Assembly: GCA_963812645.1 (NCBI GenBank) | Contig: CAWEVU010000003.1 | Span: forward strand, 98,071-162,070 | Source: an uncultured Acidobacteriota bacterium | GTDB taxonomy: Bacteria > Acidobacteriota > Terriglobia > Acidiferrales > UBA7541 | Length of the DNA: 64,000 nt | Direction of reading: 5' to 3' | Part shown: one piece after another, positions 26,529-35,160 of the stretch | Layout: each line of letters opens with the position of its first letter | Position numbering within the stretch: the first letter of the stretch is position 1 | Made by a program: the position numbers and the translations under genes | The notes under the pieces: generated by a model | What the model saw: the letters and a program-made list of their open reading frames with translations, nothing else | Told to the model about the DNA's origin: nothing | The model's database searches: none

Positions 26529-27344
26529 TCAGGATGCGCCAGCCGCCTCACTTCTTCTCTCGTTGAGCGCCGGTATAAGAAGTTTCAGAAGCGCTTCGTC
26601 CGAGAAAGGGTTCTGACCTGAGATCAACTCGCGATCTTGAAGGACGTAGCTCTTCCACGGAGCGACCACACTTACGTCACCGCCCGCAGTCCCCAAGGCG
26701 AAGTCCGGATAGAAGAGAACCTTACCACCAATCTCAAGCGGCTCCCGCTGCTGCTCTTCCGCCGTCGAAAAGATGGTCATCTTATATCCAGAATAAATCC
26801 ATCCTTGAGCCTTTGCCCGCGCTCCAGCAGCATCGCCCGCAGCCAGCGCTCCGACCACCTCCGTCGAATTCGGAAGAGCCGAGAGAAGTGAAATCGGGCC
26901 ATGGCAGAGCACCGCAGTGGGCTTGGAAGTTTCATGAAAGTGCCTCGTCACCGTGCCAGCGTCGGGATCATCGAGAAGATCGATCATCGGGCCATGGCCG
27001 CCGGGGACGAAAACAGCGTCATATTGATCCAGACCCGATGCGATGACCTCCGAGATGCGAGTTGGAGTTTTGAGCCCAGTCAGGGTGTCGCGGAATTTCA
27101 GATAGTCCTGAAGCCTGGCCTCGTCCCCGCCGAAGAAATCGGCGACAACTGAATGGACATCCATTTGCGGCGTGTTGCCTTTGGGGTTGGCGAAAGTGAT
27201 TTCGTAGCCTTCCTTCATCAAGGCGCGAACCGGAACCGTCAGTTCGTTGAGATAGTAGCCAGCGCCGGCATAAACCTTGCCATCTTTCAATGGCAAGCCG
27301 TGACCGCTCGAGACCAGCACCAAGACTTTTCCTTTTGTTGTCAT
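26529..27344 (-). CDS. DJ-1/PfpI (class I glutamine amidotransferase-like) family protein
   Basis: 271 aa from the ATG at 27344, preceded by GGGAGGAG. The sequence runs MTTKGKVLVLVSSGHG...FVPGGHGPM...AVLCHGP, with a nucleophile-elbow Cys. Confidence 0.8.
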   Translation of the reverse strand: MTTKGKVLVLVSSGHGLPLKDGKVYAGAGYYLNELTVPVRALMKEGYEITFANPKGNTPQMDVHSVVADFFGGDEARLQDYLKFRDTLTGLKTPTRISEVIASGLDQYDAVFVPGGHGPMIDLLDDPDAGTVTRHFHETSKPTAVLCHGPISLLSALPNSTEVVGALAAGDAAGARAKAQGWIYSGYKMTIFSTAEEQQREPLEIGGKVLFYPDFALGTAGGDVSVVAPWKSYVLQDRELISGQNPFSDEALLKLLIPALNERRSEAAGAS

Positions 27345-27486
27345 TTTGTTCTCCTCCCTGAAATCGAATCTGTTCCTCGAAATCTTAGCTATTCCTTTCG
27401 ATGTCAACGCAAGTGCCTGATCGAGGCAAAGATTGGCAGAAGCGCAACGACGAGGCGCAGAGTCTTCTCCCTATCCGCTCCAAGCG

Positions 27487-28626
27487 CTAACCGTATTTGA
27501 GCGAGGTGCTTTGTCCGACCTCGATGATGTAACCGTCTGGGTCGCGGATGTAGCAGCGAATCTCGCCGTACTTGGGTATTGGCGGCGTGAGGAACTCGGC
27601 TCCCCGACTTTTCCACAATTCATAGCACGCTTGGATATCCGCAACGCGGAAATTCATAAAGCTGTTGATGTGATTCGGGTCGGGGACGCTGAGCGTCACC
27701 GTCGGCTTATCCGGGGTCGGCCCGCCCCCCACGTTCAGAATCATCCAGATATTCGCAAGCTGAAGGTACGGAGGCGCGTTGCCGTCGCCCATGCTCAGGA
27801 TGCGAGCGCCGAAGACCTTTTCGTAGTAGCGAGCCGATCGCTCGACGTCGGCGACGGTGAGAAAATGCGCGACGCTGATTCCGTCCCGCGGGGGCATCTC
27901 GTAGCTCTTGTGTCCGATTTGCACGCTGTTGATCGACGAATCCGATTCCGACCCCGTCATGAGTTTCAGAAGCGCCTGAGCTGCCGAAGTCGATGACGCA
28001 GGGTTCTGGCCAGTGACGAGGCGGCCATCTACGATCGAGAAAGGCTGCCAGTCCGCCTTCTTCTCGAATATGGCGCCGAGCCGCAGCAGTTCATCTTCCA
28101 CCAGGAGCGGCACAACCTTCGTAAGCTGCATCGCCTCTTCCTCGCCGTTCGTAAATCCGGTGACGTGTTTTCCTTTCACCAGCGGAGCGCCCTGGTAGGT
28201 AACGTGGCGCAGCACCCCGGGCGAATGGCACACCAATGCGATGGGCTTGCCGGAATTGTAGAATGCCTCCAGAAGAGCGATCGACGCAGGGTCCTCCGCG
28301 AGATCCCACATCGGGCCGTGCCCGCCGGGATAGAAAACGGTGTCGAAATCTTCCGCCTTCACGAGCGCAAGTTTTACGGTGTTGGCGAGAGCTTTTTGCG
28401 CCGCCGCGTCTTTCTTGAACCGAGCCATCGCCGGCGTTTGATTTTCTGGCAGATCGCTTTTCGGATCGAGCGGTGGCTGTCCGCCTTTGGGGGAGGCCAG
28501 CGTCAGATCCACGCCGGAGTCGCGGAACACAAAGTAAGGCGCGGCAAATTCCTCAAGCCAGAAGCCGGTCGGGCGGCCGGTGTTCCCGAGTTGATCGTGC
28601 GATGTCAGGACCATCAGTATTTTCAT
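27487..28626 (-). CDS. fusion protein: DJ-1/PfpI-like domain (N-terminal) plus VOC/glyoxalase domain (C-terminal)
   Basis: 379 aa. The N-terminal part is MKILMVLTSHDQ...YPGGHGPMWD...ALVCHSPG. The C-terminal ~130 aa is ISVAHFLTVADVERSARYYEKVFGA...IRDPDGYIIEVGQ. Confidence 0.8.
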   Translation of the reverse strand: MKILMVLTSHDQLGNTGRPTGFWLEEFAAPYFVFRDSGVDLTLASPKGGQPPLDPKSDLPENQTPAMARFKKDAAAQKALANTVKLALVKAEDFDTVFYPGGHGPMWDLAEDPASIALLEAFYNSGKPIALVCHSPGVLRHVTYQGAPLVKGKHVTGFTNGEEEAMQLTKVVPLLVEDELLRLGAIFEKKADWQPFSIVDGRLVTGQNPASSTSAAQALLKLMTGSESDSSINSVQIGHKSYEMPPRDGISVAHFLTVADVERSARYYEKVFGARILSMGDGNAPPYLQLANIWMILNVGGGPTPDKPTVTLSVPDPNHINSFMNFRVADIQACYELWKSRGAEFLTPPIPKYGEIRCYIRDPDGYIIEVGQSTSLKYG

Positions 28627-28924
28627 ATTGTTCTCCCATATTCTTCGCGACGCGCATCCCGATTGAATCGGGCGCCATCAGACCAGTAGGGTCGAGCATG
28701 AGTCGGATCGTGAGCGAAAAGAGCTCAGGATAGCAGACGTTTCGTGCCGGTGAGGCGTTACGAAGGAATGGTTAATCCCAGGGCGCCGGTGCAGGACCAA
28801 CTGGCCCTCGGTTCCCCGGCGTGAGAGGCATGCAAAGTTGGTGCAGGCGGAGGCACTTGAACCCTGACGGGCCTTGAGTCCCTTATGACGTCGGCTTGCG
28901 AGAAACTTCAGCGCCCCGGAAAAA

Positions 28925-31402
28925 TCATTCCGAGCGAAGCGCTTGTATGACGTCGACGCGGGCCGCGCGTGCCGCGGGGAGCATCGAAGCGACTACCGCC
29001 GCGCCTAACAGCACGAACGCAGAGACGATCACGGGCAATGCGCCCGGCATTTTCAAGTCGCCGAAATAGCTGCCTGCTACGCGGGCGACGATGAGGCCGA
29101 AGGCTGCGCCGGCGAAGACGCCAACGCCGGCCATCACCATGCCTTCAGTGACAACACCTCTTAGGAGATTTTTCGGCTGTGAGCCGAGCGCCAGGCGGAT
29201 GCCGAATTCGCGCGTGCGCGCGCTGACGGAAAACGCCAGTACGCCCGCGACGCCGACTACGGCAATCAGCAACGCGACTCCGGCGAAGACGCCGAAGACC
29301 AGGGAGTTCAAGCGGTCTGGCGCAAGCACTTTTGCGCGGATGTCTTCGAGAGTGGCGGCGTGCTCGACGGGTTCATCGGCGGACATCTGGCGGATGATTT
29401 TTGTTACCGGCGTTACGAGCGCATAAGGATTTCCGGTGGTATGGATGAAGAGGTGACCGCCGAACAAGGCACCTTCCGCGTAGGTGTCGTAAATGGTTGG
29501 TGTGGGCGCCGGAACGATATGCAGGTCGTCCATATCGGGGACGACGCCAATAATGCGGTGCGGCGACATAAACCGCGCCTTCTCGGCGTCCGTGCCGGGG
29601 AGAAACTCGAGCACTGGATCGGTCCAGTAAACATGCCGATTGATAGGATCCTGGCCAGGAAACATGCGCTGTGCGAGAGTCTGGCTGACGATTACGACCG
29701 GCTCGTGATTCTGGTCATCGAGCTCGTTGAAATCGCGGCCGGCGAGAATGGGGGCGCGAAGCGCGCTGAAAAAGCCGGGAGAAATCGTGCGCGACTGCGC
29801 GCGAGGATCGTCCGTGCCATGGGGGTGACCATCGGCAGCGAATTGCAAACCGATACCGAAGTCGGCGGCATCACGCCAGGGAGCGATCTGAGCAAAAGCC
29901 GTCTTGGTGACACCGGGAAGCGCATCGATTTGACGGATTGATTCCTTGTAAAAATCGAGGACTTGTTCCTGCGTTTTTCCGTAGGACATCGCCGGAACGT
30001 CAACGACGAGGACCTGGCGCGTATCGACACCGGTCTGTTGCGCTTGCAAGGCGATCATCGTGGTGATCAAGGCGGCGGCGCCGGCCAAGAGCACGAAGGA
30101 TGCGGCGATTTGCGTGACGGCGAAGATGCGCTGGCGGCGGCTGGTGCTGCTGGTGATGCGCACGCTGCCGCTGGCGAGGTTCATGCCATTCGCCGCGCTA
30201 GCAGAGGGCAGGCGCGGCACAAACGCCAAAATCACGGCGGCGACGACTGCCAGCGCCACTCCCATCCAGAGCAGGCTGGAATCGACGGTCAAATCCAGCG
30301 CGCGCACGGAGAAGCGCGAGGCGTAGCGAGCCAGGATTGCGACCAATGGCTGCGCGATGATTACGGCGATGGCTGCGCCGGCACCGCAGAGCAGAAGGCT
30401 TTCGGCTAACAACATGCGCCGCAGCGCGCCGGTACTGGCGCCGAGTGCGGCGCGGATGGAGAGTTCGCCTTCGCGGCGAACCGTGCGGGCGAGAATCAGG
30501 TTGGCAACGTTGGAGCAGGCGATGATGAAGACGAGACCCGAGGCAGCGAGCAGGACAAGGAGAACTGTACGCGCGCCGGAAGTTATCTGGTCGCGGAGCA
30601 TCCTCGTTTCAATGCGGTAGTTGCCGTTCTCTGGATACGCTTCGGAGTGATCCTTCTCCATGGCGGCGTAAGCGGTGCGTAGCTCGTTGCGAGCCTGGTC
30701 GAGCGTGGCGCCGGGGGCAAGCTTGCCGAACAGTTCGGTCATGCGATGGACGCGGCCGGTGACCATGGTGGCGGAAAGATGATGCGGGCTGGTGACCACG
30801 TTGCCGATGATCTCGGTTTCCGCCGGATACGGCACACTCGGTTCAAGGACGCCGATGACCGTGGCGGAACGATCGCCAATGCTGCTGAGACGAACTGTCT
30901 TGCCGATCACGCCGGGATCCTTTTTGTAAACGCTGGACCAGAAGCGATAGGTGAGCACGATGACGCCGGCGGCGTTGGGACCGTCGTCTTGAGGCCCGAT
31001 TAGACGGCCGAGAACAGGACGCAGACCCATGACTTCGAAGTAGTTGCCGCCGACGACGCCACCTTGAACTCCGCGAGGTTCACCGAGTCCGACCATCGTG
31101 AAGCTCATCATCGAGAAATCGCCGAATTCGCTCACGGAGTGGACGCTGGCTTCGAGGTCTTTGATTTCGGGCACGGAGAACGTGGTGTTGTCGTCGCCTA
31201 GGCCGAGGGCGCTCTGGCGGATATAAATGAGGCGATTCTCGTCACGGTTGACGAGCGGCTTGAGCAGCACGCCGCGGACGAGGGTGAAGATAGCCGCGTT
31301 GGCCCCGATGCCCAGCGCCAAGGTCAGGATCACGATGGTCGCGAGCCCTTTGCTGCGCATCAGCGAGTGGAACGCAACTTTTAGATCGCGGAAAAATGAC
31401 AT
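28925..31402 (-). CDS. ADOP-family duplicated FtsX/MacB-type ABC transporter permease
   Basis: 825 aa from the ATG at 31402, preceded by GAGGGGGAG. It begins MSFFRDLKVAFHSLMRSKGLATIVILTLALGIGANAAIF and contains two MacB-periplasmic/FtsX modules. This architecture is typical of Acidobacteria. Confidence 0.9.
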   Translation of the reverse strand: MSFFRDLKVAFHSLMRSKGLATIVILTLALGIGANAAIFTLVRGVLLKPLVNRDENRLIYIRQSALGLGDDNTTFSVPEIKDLEASVHSVSEFGDFSMMSFTMVGLGEPRGVQGGVVGGNYFEVMGLRPVLGRLIGPQDDGPNAAGVIVLTYRFWSSVYKKDPGVIGKTVRLSSIGDRSATVIGVLEPSVPYPAETEIIGNVVTSPHHLSATMVTGRVHRMTELFGKLAPGATLDQARNELRTAYAAMEKDHSEAYPENGNYRIETRMLRDQITSGARTVLLVLLAASGLVFIIACSNVANLILARTVRREGELSIRAALGASTGALRRMLLAESLLLCGAGAAIAVIIAQPLVAILARYASRFSVRALDLTVDSSLLWMGVALAVVAAVILAFVPRLPSASAANGMNLASGSVRITSSTSRRQRIFAVTQIAASFVLLAGAAALITTMIALQAQQTGVDTRQVLVVDVPAMSYGKTQEQVLDFYKESIRQIDALPGVTKTAFAQIAPWRDAADFGIGLQFAADGHPHGTDDPRAQSRTISPGFFSALRAPILAGRDFNELDDQNHEPVVIVSQTLAQRMFPGQDPINRHVYWTDPVLEFLPGTDAEKARFMSPHRIIGVVPDMDDLHIVPAPTPTIYDTYAEGALFGGHLFIHTTGNPYALVTPVTKIIRQMSADEPVEHAATLEDIRAKVLAPDRLNSLVFGVFAGVALLIAVVGVAGVLAFSVSARTREFGIRLALGSQPKNLLRGVVTEGMVMAGVGVFAGAAFGLIVARVAGSYFGDLKMPGALPVIVSAFVLLGAAVVASMLPAARAARVDVIQALRSE

Positions 31403-31799
31403 GTTTCTTCTCCCCCTCGTCGTCTCCCAGCACCATCCGTGCCAACAGGAAGACCCAGATTGTAAATCACTTACCATAAACTAGTCGTTCGGGGATGGTC
31501 GTTTTCGACAGTCAATGTCCAAATTCGGACACTGAATCGTCACGGAATCCCGCCACACGTGACGTCTGGTTCAGAAGCAGCAGTTTGCACTGACCGTGTT
31601 CCCCAGACCACTATTGCAGCTCAAAGATGCGATAGCCGCCGCCTCGGGTGCTTCCGGCCATCGTTTGATTTCTGAGACGGCGTATGAGACTTTCGGGAGG
31701 GCCCACGGGAGGTGATGGCTCCCAGAAGCTCCTGCCGTGGAGGGGACCAAAGCTCCTCTCCGGGCAAGGTAAACCTCCGGCTCGCCGCAAAATCAAACC

Positions 31800-31828
31800 T
31801 TGACGGTTTCGTCCACATAGGCTAACAT
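31800..31828 (+). promoter_or_regulatory. sigma-70-type promoter of the PadR gene (TTGACG-17 nt-TAACAT)
   Basis: The -35 element is at 31800-31805 and the -10 at 31823-31828. The ATG at 31835 lies about 7 nt after the -10 and no SD sequence is present. This suggests a leaderless mRNA. Confidence 0.5.
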
Positions 31829-31834
31829 GTCTGC

Positions 31835-32188
31835 ATGCGACATGTCGCACAACGACCTGTCATCGAGCATCCTAAGCCGCTCACCGAGCCCGTTCTCCTT
31901 ATCCTCATGAGCCTGGCGGCCCAACCGCGCCACGGCTACGCGTTGATCAAAGATATCGAGGCTCTAAGCCGCCACCGTGTGCGCTTGGGCACCGGCACGC
32001 TCTATGGCGCGCTCCGGCGGCTGCTGGACGAGGGTTGGATTGAACGGTTCGAGCTGGAAGATACGTCAAGGGACAAGCAGGCATACCGGCTGACCAGCGA
32101 AGGCCGCCGTCAGCTCGAGCTTGAGCTGGATCGACTTAGAGAACTCAGCCGTGCGGGGTTCGCACGACTGCGTCTCGGCGAGGCGTAG
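31835..32188 (+). CDS. PadR-family transcriptional regulator
   Basis: 117 aa with a winged-helix signature (LILMSLAAQPRHGYALIKDIE...GTLYGALRRLLDEGWIE). It is divergent from the ADOP permease. Confidence 0.9.
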   Translation: MRHVAQRPVIEHPKPLTEPVLLILMSLAAQPRHGYALIKDIEALSRHRVRLGTGTLYGALRRLLDEGWIERFELEDTSRDKQAYRLTSEGRRQLELELDRLRELSRAGFARLRLGEA

Positions 32189-32192
32189 AGAT

Positions 32193-32633
32193 ATGGGTGC
32201 GGTCTTCCGAGTGCTGCTTTATCTATACCCGCAAAAGCACCGAGAGTTGCTAGGTGCCGAAATGCAAGCTGTTTTCGAACAAGGCGCACAGGAACACCGG
32301 CTCCTCGGACCATCTCAATATCTGCGTTTCGTTCTGCTGGAGGTGGGTGGCCTGATTCTACACGCCGCCATCGCTCAGTTCGCTAAAGCTACCCACAGAG
32401 GTTACTTGGGAAACCAGGTCCACGGCACCTTGGACCCACCACAGGATCTACCTGATGAGGTGATTGAGGCGCAGAATCGCGTTGCGGTCAACCTCAATCA
32501 ACTTTTGTTCGCCATCTCTCACCATCAATTTGTTCAGGCACGTTTCTACGCGAGCGAGGAGCGTAAGGCACGCGAGAACCTGCGCCAGATGCAAGAGAAG
32601 TATGGCATCGGGGACCCTCAACCTCTGCGCTGA
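32193..32633 (+). CDS. hypothetical protein downstream of padR (permease-prefix-like N-terminus)
   Basis: 146 aa from the ATG at 32193, 5 nt after the padR stop. The N-terminus MGAVFRVLLYLYPQKHRE resembles the short proteins or domains that accompany PadR-ADOP loci. Confidence 0.5.
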   Translation: MGAVFRVLLYLYPQKHRELLGAEMQAVFEQGAQEHRLLGPSQYLRFVLLEVGGLILHAAIAQFAKATHRGYLGNQVHGTLDPPQDLPDEVIEAQNRVAVNLNQLLFAISHHQFVQARFYASEERKARENLRQMQEKYGIGDPQPLR

Positions 32634-32635
32634 TG

Positions 32636-34584
32636 GCGAATCGCCGAGCGAGTGGACGATTAGTCGGCAAACCGGAGAGCGCCGGGATAAACCGGCATGT
32701 TGTAGGGGATGAAAGAGCCCTACGGGAAAGGAGACAGCGAATCCATCCTGGCCTCGAGTCTTGCAGGCGATATCGCGAGGTACCGCTTGAAGCGTAGACA
32801 GAGGTATCGGTGGGCCGGGCTATTGAGCTTCGAAAAGCCGATGGAACAGGACGCCGACTCCATTCCGAGTGGAGGAAGGCAACACGACAACCACACTAAA
32901 CGCGAGTGGATTGCCAGGTCCTGCGTAGTCTTAGAACCCGCGCACGCTGAGAAACAACATGCACGAGAACCGGGAGATCTCCTGCACGTCTTGGTCAGCC
33001 GATCAAGACCGGTCCGCGAAGGCCATAAACCGAAATGCGGACGCGAACGTGCCGGAGAAGTCGGACTGTGCCGTAGTACCAGTGAACCAGCCGAACAACG
33101 AAGGGCAACCTTCCGCGGAGGCCGGGGAGGGAAGGGCACAGACTCAGGAGAACATCGTTCAATCTCACATACGCCCGACACAGAGCGGGAAACGCATGTC
33201 CCAGGGATTGCGCGGTGTGCGGCAAGCAGTAAAAGAAAGGAAGCAGGAACGGTTCACCGCCCTGCTCCACCATCTAAGCGTCGGATTACTCCGCGACAGC
33301 TTCTACGCGCTTCAGCGACAAGCTTCGCCCGGAGTCGATGGCGTGACGTGGCAGGAGTATGAAGCCGGATTGGAGGATCGACTCATCGATCTGCACAGTC
33401 GGGTGCACCGTGGAGTGTATCGGGCACAACCCTCACGACGAGTCTATATACCGAAGGCTGACGGGCGGCAACGTCCGTTAGGCATCGCGGCGCTGGAGGA
33501 CAAGATCGTTCAACAGGCTGTGGTGACGATCCTCAACCAGATCTATGAGGTCGACTTCAAAGGCTTTTCATACGGGTTTCGGCCCGGTCGCGGCCCGCAT
33601 CAAGCGTTGGACGCGCTGACGGCGGGCATCCAATGGAAGCGAGTGAACTGGGTGCTCGATGCGGACATTCGAGGTTTCTTCGACAACATGAACCACGAAT
33701 GGACGATGAAGTTTGTCGAGCATCGCGTGGCCGATCGCCGAGTACTTCGCCTGATCCAGAAATGGTTGAAGGCTGGAGTCTCGGAAGATGGCCAGTGGTC
33801 GGAGACGAAACTAGGTACGCCACAGGGAGCCGTTGCTTCACCGCTGCTCGCCAACGTGTACCTACATTACGTTTTCGATCTATGGGTGGAGGTCTGGCGC
33901 AAGAAAGTCGCGAAGGGCGATGTGATTGTCGTCCGCTACGCCGATGATCTTGTGGTGGGCTTTCAACACCGGACGGACGCCGAGCGGTTCCTAAGGGAAT
34001 TTCGGGAGCGGCTGGCTAAGTTTGGTTTGGAATTACATGCGGACAAGACACGGCTGATCGAATTCGGGCGGTTCGCCGCTCGAGATCGGAAGCGGCGGGG
34101 CGAGGGAAAACCCGAGACCTTCACATTCCTGGGTTTCACCCACTACTGTGGGCAGCTCACGACCGGAGCTTTCATCGTCTGGCGGATTACTGCGAAGAAG
34201 CGAATGGTCGCGAAGCTCAAGGCCATTAAGGCTGAGCTTCAACGCCGGAAGCATGATCGCACGACCGCGGTCGGTACATGGCTTCGGAAGGTTGTGCTGG
34301 GCTACTACCAATACCATGCCGTTCCGGGCAACTCGACTCAGCTGCGCATTTTCTGTCGTCGCGTTTGTCGGTTGTGGCGGAGCATCCTCGTCCGTCGCAG
34401 TCAACGCGCGCGAGTGCGCTGGGAGCGTCTCTCCCCACTCTTGATCCGGTGGATTCCGCAACCCCGCATTCTGCATCCCTATCCTGATGCGCGCTTCGCC
34501 GCTACTCATCCAGGGTAAGAGCCGTATGCGTAAACGCGCTTGTACGGATCTGTGCGGGGGGCGATCCGCGATGGTCGTCCCTAC
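32636..34584 (+). mobile_element. bacterial group II intron (boundaries approximate; 5' end unresolved)
   Basis: The intron-encoded RT/maturase ORF is followed directly by a domain V-like hairpin at 34519-34550 (GAGCCGUAUGCG-UAAA-CGCGCUUGUACGGAUC, compare the yeast ai5gamma DV). A short DVI-like segment ends in CCCUAC at 34584. Confidence 0.65.
32959..34518 (+). CDS. group II intron reverse transcriptase/maturase
   Basis: 519 aa. RT motifs are present (RVYIPKADGRQRPLGIAALEDKIVQ, FSYGFRPGRGPHQAL, RYADDLVVGF). It also has an X/maturase domain and a C-terminal HPYPDARF tail. No En domain is seen. Confidence 0.9.
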   Translation: MHENREISCTSWSADQDRSAKAINRNADANVPEKSDCAVVPVNQPNNEGQPSAEAGEGRAQTQENIVQSHIRPTQSGKRMSQGLRGVRQAVKERKQERFTALLHHLSVGLLRDSFYALQRQASPGVDGVTWQEYEAGLEDRLIDLHSRVHRGVYRAQPSRRVYIPKADGRQRPLGIAALEDKIVQQAVVTILNQIYEVDFKGFSYGFRPGRGPHQALDALTAGIQWKRVNWVLDADIRGFFDNMNHEWTMKFVEHRVADRRVLRLIQKWLKAGVSEDGQWSETKLGTPQGAVASPLLANVYLHYVFDLWVEVWRKKVAKGDVIVVRYADDLVVGFQHRTDAERFLREFRERLAKFGLELHADKTRLIEFGRFAARDRKRRGEGKPETFTFLGFTHYCGQLTTGAFIVWRITAKKRMVAKLKAIKAELQRRKHDRTTAVGTWLRKVVLGYYQYHAVPGNSTQLRIFCRRVCRLWRSILVRRSQRARVRWERLSPLLIRWIPQPRILHPYPDARFAATHPG

Positions 34585-34870
34585 CGCGACAGCAATCCGT
34601 TTCATTCGTCGCGCGGCTCGTCGGCGGCGATTCTTCCGCTGATCCCTCGCCGCCTCCAACTTCCGGTCCCGCTCGGCCTGAATCTCCTGCCGCTGCCCGG
34701 CGAGCATGCCCTGCGTCTTGTGTCCGCTCCGTTATCCGAACGGATGAACGCTTTCTCCGTTTCCAGCCGTTGCAGGACACTGTGTTGCTTCAGCCTGAAA
34801 TGGAATGACGGCGCTTTCTTGTAGTGAGTCTTCCGCCCCTCGCGCGGGGATTCTCGAGGCATCGATCCGA

Positions 34871-35080
34871 CGACCAGGCTATCCCTCCGCGCAGTTGCAT
34901 TCCTGCATTGCCGGGTTCCGCTTCGCCCGGCCAGATCATCGTAGCGCCGACGGGCCCTGAGGTCCCAATTTCCGGTCAGCTCGTCATCCGCCCGCAGTCA
35001 GCGAAAAGTTGCCAATAGGGTTTGCCACTTCCCACAACCGGACTTTTGGGGACTCAGCAACATGTCCGGTTAGTTTATCA
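34871..35080. repeat. ~210-bp repeat, intact copy (paralog of the split copy at 20622-20737 plus 23215-23321)
   Basis: By-eye alignment shows roughly 80 percent identity to the two halves flanking the IS91-like element. It contains a conserved hairpin AACCGGAC-N20-GTCCGGTT at 35036-35071. Confidence 0.75.
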
Positions 35081-35160
35081 GGAACTGAGAATATCTTCGA
35101 TAGGCCGGGCCTCCGCAGCGCGGAGCCGCGCGTTGACTTGCCTGCTGGCGCGGCATAGCA

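Noticed and set aside
32709-33362. 217-aa ORF overlapping the 5' part of the group II intron and the RT gene
   Set aside because: It is out of frame with the RT ORF, whose N-terminal region (EKSDCAVVP...RFTALLHHL) matches known intron-encoded proteins. The region upstream of 32959 is expected to be structured intron RNA.
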